This document shows, in pieces, positions 43,879-58,574 of a stretch of 64,000 nt of DNA. A program made the translations under genes and the position numbers. The DNA lies in contig OZ024746.1 in the NCBI GenBank assembly GCA_964016885.1, positions 87,110,001 through 87,174,000 of the forward strand. The letters are read 5' to 3'. Position 1 is the first letter of the stretch; each line of letters begins with the position of its first letter. The notes under the pieces are model-generated. The model did not search any database, was not told where the DNA came from, and saw only the letters and a program-made list of their open reading frames with translations. This stretch comes from Eledone cirrhosa (taxonomy: Eukaryota).

Positions 43879-44220
43879 TGATGGCTGCCCCCTGGTTATC
43901 GAGTATGGACATTGCACGATATACCATTATTAATAATAATTAATTAATTCTATCGTGCAATGCCTGTGCGTGAAGATATTTTTTAAAGTGACGAAAGACT
44001 GTGCACTGAGCCAAACCCACTCTCTGAGCGACAGTAGCTATAACCCGAAAAGAAGAAAAGATCCACATCATCGGTAACTACTGAGCCTCAGGTTTTATAT
44101 CGGAGTTATCCCAGTTTCCTGAGTTGCCTTCTCCTAGAAGAATGCCCTGAGAAAGGCTATGGGTCCTTCACTCCCAGTGGTTTAAGGGTGTCAAGCCCGA
44201 CTATTTCTATGTCCCCGTGC
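43877..44220 (-). mobile_element. Short non-autonomous retroposon-like repeat (possibly RTE 5'UTR-derived)
   Basis: GC-richer block between microsatellites with a TCTAGGAGAAGGCAACTC-type motif recalled from RTE 5' regions; classification is weak. Confidence 0.35.
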
Positions 44221-44253
<33 letters not shown>

Positions 44254-44264
44254 CGCACACACAC

Positions 44265-44375
<111 letters not shown>

Positions 44376-44659
44376 AACAAAAGATGGTTAAAGGAGTTCT
44401 ATGTATTTTATTATGCGCATTTCAAAAACAAACATCATCATGCAATAATATTTGTGTTTTCATCAGATAAAACAGGAGGACATGATATGAAGGCTAAAAA
44501 ACACTTGTGGATAGTGCAGTTTTAAATCAACATATCATTGCTTTATTGTACTACAATAAAACTCACCTCCTACATATATATATATATATATTTACATATA
44601 TACATTAGTGATCCCCATGAGCAAAGATTGTATATATATACACATTAGTGATCCCCATG

Positions 44660-45110
44660 AGCAAAGATTGGGAAAACGAAAGATGATGTGGTTGAGAGGA
44701 AGAGCAAAGCCTATGCGCCGTGCCACAGCTTGAGATCGGTGTGGAAGTCGGACCTTCGTAAAAACCTGAAAATCCACCTATTCATGCTGTAGTATAGTCT
44801 GTGCTGCTGTACCGTTCTGAGACTTGGATACTGACCAAGAAACTCACTGTGATGGTGGATGGGTGCTACACGAGAATGCTGAGGATGGCTCAGAAAATGT
44901 TAATCAGTATACACTGAGGAAGAACAACTCCGAGCTGTATGGGAGCCACCCAAATGTCAGCTCAAAAGAGACACGGAGGACATTGAGGTCAGCTGGACAT
45001 TCTCACCGACATCCAGAGTTGACATTGCACTCACTGGTCTGTTGGAGACGCAGGACGTGGCAGCGATAATGAGGCACTGAGACCGCTGGAGAGAATTCGT
45101 CCATGGATAT
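44660..45110 (+). mobile_element. RTE-clade LINE 3' relic
   Basis: ETWILTKKLTVMVDGCYTRMLRMAQ / LYGSHPNVSSK..RR.LR.AGH.HRHPE....LV.W. Confidence 0.78.
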
Positions 45111-45167
45111 CGGGAATTTTACCCGCCCTACAATAGAATAGAATATATATATATATATATATATATA

Positions 45168-46064
<897 letters not shown>

Positions 46065-46127
46065 ATAAAATATTAAAAAAATAATGAATAAAACAATGAA
46101 ACAGTTCCTTATATTAAACAAAAAAAG

Positions 46128-46281
46128 TTCATTATTTAACGATCGTTTCTAGGATATATATGTGTTAGAATTGGCATGCATATTCAACAGATCTATGTAC
46201 AAAATTATACAAAATTATACAAACTATCAAAATTAAATATACATACCAACACATATATATGCCGTCTTCAGAAATAATGAA
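46128..46281 (-). ncRNA. Long-helix-II type I hammerhead, intact core
   Basis: Reverse complement of 49514-49667. Confidence 0.78.
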
Positions 46282-47378
46282 ATATATTTATTGATAATAA
46301 CACAATTCAAAATTACAGGTCTGTTTGGGAACAGAATTCAAATTGACCAATGAAAATACAAAAAGTTTATACAGTTAAGTGTGTGTATATATGTAATTAA
46401 CTTCGTTCACAGATATGCATAAAGATGTATGTTCACATGCATACGCATGCCAAAGAGATGTATGTAAATACAAAAATTCAAGGCTAATGTCTCTGTATGT
46501 TTATAATCTACAGATAAAATACGTATAAAAACAAATATACACACACATTTTTATATACTCACACATATACGTACATTCACACACACACGCGCGTATACGC
46601 ATAAACATACACACAACCACGAACATACATACACACACACACCCCCACGCACATATATATGTGTGTATATACTATTATCATAAGCATATGGACATTAATG
46701 CGCGCACATAAACACTGCCACACATATTTAGATCCAGATACAGAAAGTAGGTGGGGGGGGGGGGGAGAGGTCAGTATTTAGCATGGATAAAATACAATAT
46801 CTGTTTTAATTATTATAAACCTAATTAACATATACTATAGAAATTAATATATAATTTTTATTTTCGTTATCCTATAATTTATATTCTACTACCGATGTAA
46901 TACTTTATTTGTTTTTTCCCTATTACTAAATTCATTTCCTAATATTGATACCATAACGTTAATAATTTTAATTTAGTTATACTATAATTAATACCCTACT
47001 ACTATTTAACTTCAAAATTCCGCTTCAAATATTATAAACCTAAGTAGTATACACCTTAGAAATCAATATATTAACTATCTTTAATTTAGTTAACCTATAA
47101 TTAATGGTATACTTATATTGAAATGCATAATTTTGCCTTCTTTCTTACATTTCCTAATACTGAAACTACTATGTAAACGCATATTATGATCTAAATACAG
47201 ATTAATATTCTATGTTTCTTGAAACCTATATTTACTATAATCCCCTCCCCCCCTACTATTATTATTTGTATTTGTAAACGTGGATGAATGTATGTATATA
47301 TAGGTAGGTATGTATGTTTGGGTGTTTGTATGTGAGTATAAAAATACATATGTGCGCATGTAAATAAGGGTGTATGAT

Positions 47379-47433
<55 letters not shown>

Positions 47434-47624
47434 GTGTGTGTATATATATGTGTGAGTATGTGTATCTGTATATATATATGTATCTATATATTTATGTGGG
47501 TATATGAGTGTATCTATATGTATGCACATGTATATGTCTATGTGTATATGTGTGTATGTGTATATATGTACGTATGTGCGCATGTATATGTGAGTGTGTG
47601 TGTATATATATGTTTGTGTGTGTG

Positions 47625-47712
<88 letters not shown>

Positions 47713-47965
47713 TGATGTGTGTATGTGTGTATATATATATGTATGTATGTGTATATATATATATATATATATGTGTATATATATGTGTGTGTATGTGTAT
47801 ATATATATATATGTATGTGTATGTGTGTGCATATTTGTCTGACTGAGTGTATTAATTAATTAATTTATTTATTTATTTTATTTCATTATTTTATTTCTTT
47901 ATTTTTTTATATATATGTATATATGTGTGTATGTGTATGTATGTGTATATGTATATATGTGTATA

Positions 47966-48042
<77 letters not shown>

Positions 48043-48274
48043 GTATATGTGTATGTGTGTGTATATATATGTATGTGTGTTTGCGTGTGTACGTGTGTAT
48101 ATATTTATATGTGTATATGTATCTCTATTTATATATGTATATATGTGTATGTATATCCCTTTATTTATGTATGTCTGAGTTGTGTGAGCGTGTGGTGGTG
48201 TTTGTATGTATATACGCATACATGGATATGTATGTATGTGTATATATGCGTATATGTATATGTGTGTGTGAGTA

Positions 48275-48327
<53 letters not shown>

Positions 48328-48433
48328 ATTTATTTATATTATATATGTGTGTGTGTGTGTGTATATATATCTTTATATATGTGTATGTGTGTGTATGTAT
48401 GTGTGTGTATATATATATATATATGTGTGTGTA

Positions 48434-48534
<101 letters not shown>

Positions 48535-48590
48535 GTGGGTATGTATGTGTATGTGTGTATATACATGAGTGTGTTTATATATGTGTCTAG

Positions 48591-48647
<57 letters not shown>

Positions 48648-48880
48648 TGTATGTGTGTATATGTCTATGTATTTATATGTGTATATGTATGTGTCTCTAT
48701 ATGTATGTGTGTGTGTATGTGTATGCGTATTTATATGGTGTGTGTATGTATATGTATGTGTATGTATGTGTTTATGTATATGTGTATGTATGTGTATGTA
48801 TATATATGTATATATATATATATATAGATATATATATATATGTATATGTATGTATATCGATGTATATTTTATATTTTACT

Positions 48881-48933
<53 letters not shown>

Positions 48934-49513
48934 CTTGATATATTTCTTTTTTATTTTTATTTTCTTTTATTTCTAAATTTATAGATATATTTATAGATAG
49001 GCAGCTTGCTGACACCGCTAAATACTGACCTCTCCCCCCCCCACCTACTTTCTGTATCTGGATCTAAATATGTGTGGCAGTGTTTATGTGCGCGCATTAA
49101 TGTCCATATGCTTATGATAATAGTATATACACACATATATATGTGCGTGGGGGTGTGTGTGTGTATGTATGTTCGTGGTTGTGTGTATGTTTATGCGTAT
49201 ACGCGCCTGTGTGTGTGAATGTACGTATATGTGTGAGTATATAAAAATGTGTGTGTATATTTGTTTTTATACGTATTTTATCTGTAGATTATAAACATAC
49301 AGAGACATTAGCCTTGAATTTTTGTATTTACATACATCTTTTTGGCATGCGTATGCATGTGAACATACATCTTTATGCATATCTGTGAACGAAGTTAATT
49401 ACATATATACACACACTTAACTGTATAAACTTTTTGTATTTTCATTGGTCAATTTGAATTCTGTTCCCAAACAGACCTGTAATTTTGAATTGTGTTATTA
49501 TCAATAAATATAT

Positions 49514-49667
49514 TTCATTATTTCTGAAGACGGCATATATATGTGTTGGTATGTATATTTAATTTTGATAGTTTGTATAATTTTGTATAATTTTGTACAT
49601 AGATCTGTTGAATATGCATGCCAATTCTAACACATATATATCCTAGAAACGATCGTTAAATAATGAA
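49514..49667 (+). ncRNA. Long-helix-II type I hammerhead, intact core
   Basis: Perfect 10-bp helix I TTCATTATTT/AAATAATGAA; CTGAAGA (49524-49530); 15-bp helix II ATATATATGTGTTGG/CTAACACATATATAT; GAAA (49646-49649); palindromic ACGATCGT; GUU site. Confidence 0.8.
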
Positions 49668-49861
49668 CTTTTTTTGTTTAATATAAGGAACTGTTTCATT
49701 GTTTTATTCATTATTTTTTAAATATTTTATCTTGACTCTGTATTCCGTTTATCTTTCACCGAAAGTGATATTTCATTGCATCTCTTCTTTCCATGATATC
49801 CGGATTACATTGAGTTCTTCATACGGATTGGACACTACCGTAAACTCTTGGTAGATTTATC

Positions 49862-49910
<49 letters not shown>

Positions 49911-50194
49911 TAAATGAGGAAGTATACATATCTCTACATACGTATAGATACACGTATAGATATATACATACATGCATACAGGGTGTTAACTAATACTGAG
50001 TTTGGTTCAATGGAATAGTTAATAATAATTAACGTCTTCAGAGCCTAATGATATCAAATATGGAAAAAGGAACAAGTTAAGAAAAAATCTTCACCTACTC
50101 ACTTTAATGCTCCTACTGCAATTTCATTAGGAAAGTAGCGTTACACCGAATTGAATATATATATATACAAGTGTGCGTATGGGGGGGATGTGTG

Positions 50195-50269
<75 letters not shown>

Positions 50270-50761
50270 TGGGATATATACATAGATTTAATGACAGAAA
50301 AGATCACAATTTTCCAATCTTTCTTCCTATATAAGCTTAAACTAGCTATACTCCGTGGGTGGATAATTTGCTCCGAAGCACATCATATTGATTCGTTCTC
50401 AGGAAAGAGGTACCCATATAGAAGAAACAAACGGATAACGATCAAGGAAAGTTTACAATTCTTTAAATTAACATAGAAACAGATGCATGCATTCGGTCAC
50501 GTAGATAGACACACACACATACACAAACACACACACACGTACACACCCACCCATGCATACGTACACCCCCCCCCCCACCCACACCCACACATTAACTAAT
50601 AACATGTATATTTTCAATATAGAAATAATAAAAAAGGGGAAACAAAAGGAAAGAAAGAATAGAGAAATATAGAAAAAAATGAGGAGAGAAAGAAGAAAAA
50701 GATTGGGAAGGGGAAGGGATGGCAAGAGCTCTCGTGTCGCAGAAGGGGGAGGGTGATTGGG

Positions 50762-50792
<31 letters not shown>

Positions 50793-50830
50793 ATATATAT
50801 ATATATTGATAGATAGATAGAGCTAGAGAT

Positions 50831-50918
<88 letters not shown>

Positions 50919-52038
50919 ATAGAGAGAGAGATAAAGAGAGAGCGATAGAGAGAGAGATAAAGAGAGATCTTATTTCCTGGGACACATATTGTTGTATGCC
51001 AAGTGTCCTTAGCTTTATTATATACGCTTCCTTTTAATCTATAGCTTTTCTGCTACATCTCTTTGGATTGAAATGAAATTGCTTCTGAAGAATTGTAATG
51101 TTTTATATCGGAATCACACGTGTCACCACGATATCTAATTGTATGCAACACCATTTACCCAGCTGAACGTATAGACACTGGATTAATATGTCGTACTAAC
51201 AGTATCAGTTGCATTATGAAATGAACGTATATTTCTTACGCTGACTAAATTAAGGTAATTTCCTCCCAGGCGAAAACATTTATAGCAGACAAAACTGTGT
51301 TACATCTATTGGGTGTACGATTGTGTTTAACAAAATATGCGAGTCAAAGTTTAATAGAAAGGTGTTATAGATCTTCACCAGTATTGTCTTATTTAAAGTC
51401 GGTATGGACAAATATCAAAACATTTTTCAACAAAAGATTTGTCAATGTGAAACATTGACTGCTTTGTTAGATATAAGCACCATATCAAGATTCAAATTCA
51501 ACAATGAAAGGTAATTATATTGAGTAACCTCAAAAAAGAGACAACTTTGAATGGTATACATCTCATCTGATGACTTATAGAAATATTGTAAAGCTTCTTT
51601 AAGGATGTTTTCGAAAACTAATCCGATTTTATAGTATGCAAACGGGAGGAATTAATACAAAAATACTGCAAATGTTTGCGTGAAATTCTCCAGTTTTAAT
51701 ATGAAATAATTATATTGATTAATAACAAGTTCGACATGTACTATTAAACATTTATCACTCCAAGCAATATGAAATGAGAAGTGCATGGTAATGTGTTGTA
51801 AGATTCATGTGTATCTCCTGAGTTTGACACTGAACCGAACAGATGCATGGTAATTATAATTAACTATAAATCTAGAGATCCTATGGTAGAAACATTAATG
51901 GATAGCTAATTAGTGTCTTTCTCCAACACCCGAGGCCATATATTATGATATCCGTCAAAATTGTCAATAATAATATGAACAATAAGGAAATGATTGTGAT
52001 CATTTAATTGTGATCATTTATTTGATATACGATTGAAG

Positions 52039-52069
<31 letters not shown>

Positions 52070-52336
52070 GTATAAAAGAGAAAACTCAGGTAAGCATTAA
52101 GAAATGGATTGTATCCAGGTATTTACGACCTAACTATATATATATATATAATAATAATAATGATACTATTTATAGTTATGTATATACTATACTATAAACA
52201 ACTGTAAACAGGAAAGGTCAGTAATTTCCTACTACCTTATTACCAGTAAGAGAAATAGCTCAATGTAAGAACATCAGGTGTTTTACAGAGCAGGAATATA
52301 AATTACACAAATATCAAAGTTATGTTCAAATCATTT

Positions 52337-52388
52337 AATCGCTGACAACTGTTTCTTCCAAACTTTAGTTTGGATTCATCGGAGCATT
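52337..52388 (-). ncRNA. Type I hammerhead with U4>C core change
   Basis: ATGCT-CCGATGA-ATCCAAAC-TAAA-GTTTGGAA-GAAA-CAGTTG-TC-AGCGAT. Confidence 0.65.
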
Positions 52389-52859
52389 ATCAATGTTTGT
52401 ACATATAATTAACCTCCTATTCAACTGAACAATCATATAGATACATATATATTGATGTTGTGAACAACAGTTTAGTATTTACAGGGTGTAAGGTATATGA
52501 CATATACTATACGAGAATTGTACAATAATTAAAATCAAAATTAAAAGCAGAGAGTGGAATACATGCTACAGATAATACAATAGAATAGTCTAATAATTAA
52601 AGAGGCATTGAGAAAGAAGTACATATTCGAGCGTGTAGAGAGTGCACATGCGTTAGTCATGTATATGAGAAGGAAACAAGCAAAGGTATTAGAAATATAT
52701 AAATTCTGTATGGCAAGGTATTACATAAAATACAAGCAATTTAAGCGAATATGTTAGTGTATTATGGAGGATGTAATGCGATGATAGTTTCTGTAGAGTT
52801 CAAATTTGTATGTGTGGAGAATATGAAAGTTATTGATTTCATATCCATTACACAAAAAC

Positions 52860-53125
52860 AAAAAATAAGAAGGAATCCTATTTGAAACGTGCACTACTTG
52901 ACATCGAGATTGCACTCAAAATTTCCCATGAAAATGAGAGGGAAAAGAAAGAAAGCAGGGCCATAGAAAATATTAAAACAAACCCTAAGGCCTTCTTTAA
53001 ATTTTCAAAAGAGACTGAATCGGTACACTGCAAGATTGGGCCACTGTTCCATAAAGACGGTCCATTAACCGAGAATTCCCAAGATATAAGTGAAATATTG
53101 AACGAATAGTACAACATTCTGTTCA
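52860..53125 (+). mobile_element. CR1/L2-type LINE ORF2 fragment
   Basis: ESRAIENIKTNPKAFFKFSK...IGPL..KDG.LTE....ISEILNE*Y..LF. Confidence 0.75.
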
Positions 53126-54140
53126 GAACTTGAATAAAAATAATCTTTTAGACAGATGGTTCAAACATATGATGAATAACTACGAGCCCATATACACAAC
53201 ATATCTTTAAATTCATATTGGGTAATTAACGTTTTGATAGCTTCTGTATTTGAGGAATCCTTTCCCACTACCAGCACCAGCACGATTTTCATAAATAGTA
53301 GTAGTCGTTGTGCGTCGGCTTGATAAATTTGTGGTGTGAAATATTAGATCGTTTTCTCCGCCCGCCTTGACAGATCATTCATCTTAAATATCTTAAGGTG
53401 TGGAAAATCGTGTTAGAAATATTTTGTGAGTAACAAAATTAAGGGAATCCTGACATTAAATGTCATAAATGTGTTTTCTTTAATTCGATGTACACGGCTC
53501 TTTATTTCGATTATTGTGTAGTTATCTCAGACTCATGACGAAAGCCTATATATGTATGTGTACCTAAGTACACTTTACCACACAAACAAACAGACAACAA
53601 CACACCCAGTCATTTTAAACACACAGACATCGCGCGCGCAACAAATATATATTTCTGAATTTCAAAATATGTGCGACATGTATGATAGATCATCAGCACA
53701 GATAAGTGTTACTACAATCTAGCAAAGTATCGCTGGAGATGGATGAAAGTAGACATAGCCCATCGCAATGTATCCGACTCTACATCTCTCGAATAAGGTT
53801 TGAGTGCTTTGATCACAACCCTAATGTGCAACTGATAACCAATCCCGTTTTTAAAACTATTTCACGTCTAATGCTAGATATGTAAACAAATGGTTTGCCT
53901 TAAGAAGGTTCGGCAAAAAAGTTAAAATTTGAAATCTTTACCCGCCATCTCAAATGAGCAAAAGAAAATATGATCACCATATATAATTTTGAGAAAAGCG
54001 AGATACCGCACGTGCCCGTTACCTGAGGGATGCAAAGATTTATTCCTTCAAGCTGCTTCTGTCTACCCCTTTCCCGCCTTAATGTATATGTTGCCCGATA
54101 TTCTAAATTATTATTCATAGCAATCGATTAGGACGCTCGC

Positions 54141-54241
<101 letters not shown>

Positions 54242-54519
54242 GTGTGCGGGTGTGTAATATTACAAGTTTTGTATTATGAAATACATACGAAATTCTAAAC
54301 GTGGTTTGTTTATTAGTAAAACTACATAGGACACATATTTTTAGTAAACTCACCTTCAGGTGATATTAGTTAAAGCTAGCGTGATCTCTCTATATATATG
54401 AAATCCGTTTTACTCCATAATATTTAATCTATGAGCTACAAGACATCACACGTATTTACAGAAAGAGTGTCTAATCTTGTGAACATTGCATGTAATTTAA
54501 TAAGGTACCAGTTATATTC

Positions 54520-55552
54520 AATCACTATTAAAATTGACACTGTTGATTTGTTTCCTTTAATTAAGATACTACGTTTTCTGAGCATTGTTCCAGCCATGTA
54601 AACATGATTCTTAGAAAGTTCCAACGATTGTACATAATGATCCAGTTCTTTTTGACTTATGTTAAGGCATGAATGAGAAATTTTAAAATCCTTGTCATTC
54701 ATTTGGTCTTCACATACAGTTTCGTCATCGGACTCTTCATCTGACTCATTCAGTTGAGTATTGCTGGGCACAGGAGGAATTCCATGTTCATATGACTGTA
54801 GTCTTATGGCAGATTGCAAATTAGGATACTTGATATAGTTTGCAGTTTCCTTATTGAGCAACAAAAGCAATCAGAAGTATGACTATTTTATTCTAGCCAT
54901 ACCATTGGAGTGACACATGGAATTTGTTTCAGTGGGCCAGATGTAAAGTTGATCAGTGCAACACCTGCATAGAATATGTGGAGCAAAACGTTTATCTCCG
55001 CCTCCGAGTTTCATTTCTGAAATAATCACTGTATCTTGCTTGTATTAGTGTCGTGATATTTCCCCTATAGTCCGTGAATACATATTCCCCACAAATGTAG
55101 CAAACATGATCTGACTCTCTGTGATATAAACATCTTGAGCCATGCAAATTGAAGCAAATTGATGTGAGGAAATAAAACAGCAGCAGTCCCAAGTGAGCCA
55201 CGAAATTACCAACTTGATAAAAGTGACATTAACATGCGAAACATGCATCTAAATCAAAGCGTTCTAAAATTATACATGGATAAATATGTGTTGTATCTAC
55301 TTATACAACTCTCTCATTAAAGGTTGTCACAAAGAGAGTAATCCAAAGTATTCTTAAACGAAAACTAGGAACACTTGTCGTACTGCATGCTACATTATAT
55401 TTATCTAAAATTCGTATAGTATAGATTAAAATCTAGCTGTGGTGGAGCACATTTGACTTCATATTCGGAAAGAGCACCCTAAGAGCTAAAATCAATCTAA
55501 TGATTTCTCCTTAAAGAAACGTCTGTTTTTGTCTTCCCTTTGTCATGCAGTG
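54520..55552 (-). mobile_element. Chapaev (CMC) DNA transposon 5' relic
   Basis: CYICGEY...Y.DYF; DKRFAPHILCRCC; IKYPNLQSAIR; ISQKELD..V..L.LSK. The terminus begins CACTG at 55552 (-). Confidence 0.7.
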
Positions 55553-56298
55553 TCATTTGGAAATCAATGTCAGATTGGATTAGCTAAGCATATATTAACA
55601 ATATGTTTTAATCTTACAATGGTTGGTTGGGATTTAATTGTAGAAGCGGATTTTAGAACAATAATTTAAAAGAACATTTTGCCAAAATAATATATTTTTA
55701 AATAATACAAAAGTTACACATCGTAAATTATATGTAATGAAAGATATAATAATAGCAGTAGAGAGAAGGGAAATTATGAGACAGTGGATATAAATATGAA
55801 AAAAAAAATAGTAAATTCAGAATTTATTCAATCTTAATGAAAGGGAAACTGAAAATATAAATGGAAATTGTGAACAAGTCTTACAAAGTTAACTACGTTA
55901 TGAAAGTAATAATTTAGTAAATCAATTAAACTCGCGACTATAGAAATGTAATTGTGTTTTCTCTCTTTTAATATCGTATCAGAAATGCTCAAATGAATTT
56001 AAATTATAGAAATTAAAAACTTGCAATAGTTTTTTTAAATGCTTCGTTATTGTTTTAAAGATTATTAAGGTTCAAACAACACAAGACCTTAAGATTAATT
56101 AAGAAAGTTTAAAATATGTTGAATTTAATTTGTACCTAGTTAATTTCTACGAATGATTAATACAATGAATCATGTTTATTATCGAACAGCTATGAATAAA
56201 TGTGAGGTAAAATAGCGAAACTCACAAACGGAACTTAACATCAAGGGGCAAGACGGATCTTAAGCATAACATTAAACTATTTCATAGGTTTCCCTCTA

Positions 56299-56560
56299 CG
56301 AGGGTCGGCTGAATATATCACAGGCTAAAAAGTTAAAAGCTTAAACAATTCATAAGCTGACCAAGATTCTCTCGTGGAATGACATAACCAAGTGAGGTTT
56401 ATTTGTCAACATATTTCCTGGAAAGAAACGATGTCGTTATTAATAAGAAGACCTGCAAATAATGCATGGAAGAATTCACAACTCTTGCATCAATCCTTTA
56501 TTGTCAGCCTATCAATTGTTCAGCTGACCCTCGTATATAGAAAGGTGTTGTTGATATTAA
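56299..56560 (+). mobile_element. mariner-type terminal fragment
   Basis: TA|CGAGGGTCGGCTGAA start typical of mariner TIRs; the rest is degenerate. Confidence 0.45.
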
Positions 56561-57949
56561 GAGTGCTGGCTTTGTACGTATGTAAGAGAGTGTTGTTATT
56601 GATATTAGGTGTGCTGGCATTGTGCCTATGTAGAAAAGCGGTTGCTGTTAATATTAAGAATGCTAGCATTGGACCTATGTAAGAAAATGTGATTCATATT
56701 GTTAACACAAAATCTCCTAAAACAATTTCATTCTCAGTTAAGAGTTATTCGATCTTGGGATCCAGAAGAGAGAATACGTAGCCCCAGAACACGGCGAGGG
56801 AGTACCGCTGGAAAAGTAACTCCAAATCACTAGGAAAAGTAACTCCTAATCACAGTCTGACAGGGCTAGCTGCCAGATACACCAGTTTGGCGCAGGAGCA
56901 GCTGTCGCAAGATGTAGCCTCTCAGATGAGTGGCTTACCACTGCGAAACGGGAAGGTTGTCACACCGTCTGGATTTCTACTGTTCCCCCGGCCCACGCCG
57001 CTGGCTCAGGCTGAGAATCGAAGCCTGTGGTGCTCAAGCCATGCTTTATGACTCATTCAGAGCAGTAGATACGTAGCGGCATTTGTGAGGCCCGCAAATC
57101 CGGATGGTCCTGTAAAGCCTCCTCTTCTGCCTATAGAGAGACACGTTGAACTGCAGGGGTTCACATTTAATTTTGGACTGGAGGGAATGGAGGAAAATAC
57201 GGATGACCTTAGGGAGGAGGCCGATTCCATATTGAGTAGACGGGCACGTGTTTCCCCAATTAGAGTATATTCTGTTGGGTGGCAAAATTAAACACCTGAA
57301 ACACAAATACTCCTGAATGCTTGATGCAAAAATATTGAATCAGTCGTCATATTCTCTCAAAGGGGTTGGGCTGTTCAGGTAATAGTTATAATAGTTAGTA
57401 GTATTCCAAAGAACACTGTTCATGAAATTACGACAGTAATTCCAGCAAATCCAATGGGACTGGATACCGGAAACCGGGGACACCGTATCTCACGCATAAT
57501 ATTGCCTGTTGACCTCCTGTGTCATCTAACTGGGCGTTCAAGATCTCTTCAGCAGCCACCTAGATACAGACATCAAGGTCTGTGAGGACAGATGTGTGGT
57601 TATTTCAGGGGACACTGTGGAAAAAATATATAGAAACTTCGGCATAGCGAAGCAGTTTGATGGATGTCAATCAGGTTTATTGAGCACATCAGAATTTCGA
57701 GCTGGCGAGGCCTGGATAAGAGGGGTAAGAAAAATGCAGGCGAGAGTGTTGGCAAACCGAGGATAAGGACGTCCTCTTTAAAGGTCCCCTGCATCGCGTG
57801 AATTAATGATCGCACGTCACTCAGGGAGATAGACACTTTCTCTGATACTTCCTTGCAGAAAGAAGAATCGATCAAATCCTGATTCCCGCAGAAATTACCG
57901 CCTATCTCGAGACTCTTGACATCGCACAGAATAAAGCATCCAAGGACCG

Positions 57950-58496
57950 TCTGCGCATGGAAATACAAATACATGACTACATTGAAAACAGAATGGCGAC
58001 AAATGAGCGGGGAAATTTCGTGAAGCCCAGCCTTCAACAGATCGTGACTTGGGTGGGAAATTCATGGAACAAAATCACAGATAGCTGTGTGATGAATGCA
58101 CTACGAGCAAGCTATCTGGATAAGCACTCTCCATTCAATTCTGCAGGCAATTGAGTCACAAGAAAATTCCACAGGAATCATTGAATCCACTGATTTGGAA
58201 AACAATGACATTCCAGAGCAGGATGACATTATTATTTTTGAATAAATTAGTGAATCATTTCGCTCATGAGTTTTTGAATTAAAGGATGTGTTAATTTTTA
58301 ATAAATTTAATCTTTCAAGTAAATGTTGCGCGTAAATGTCGATTGTTCTTTTGTAATTTCCAATGATTTAGCGAATTTGTAATTTTCAGTTTCGTAGTGT
58401 CGTTTTTTCGGTATATGAACCCCCTCACCCGTAAAGAAGCCGTACATTTCGGAGTAAAAATTAATATAAGCCATGGCTTATAATCAGGAAACACGG
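57950..58496 (+). mobile_element. pogo/Tc2-type DNA transposon 3' relic
   Basis: TNERGNFVKPSLQQIVTWVGNSWNKITDSCVMNAL (DDE C-terminus); terminus GGCTTATAATCAGGAAACACGG|TA. Confidence 0.7.
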
Positions 58497-58521
58497 TAAT
58501 GAGCATTATATACACACATAG

Positions 58522-58574
<53 letters not shown>

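Noticed and set aside
44599-44670. 28-bp direct duplication around a short (TA)n; similar ~22-bp duplications at 9536-9575 and 56810-56853
   Set aside because: Ordinary local slippage duplications.
56750-57950. GC-richer block with short ORFs
   Set aside because: Part of it matches a dispersed repeat (57290-57420 resembles 24400-24530), and no coherent protein motif is visible.
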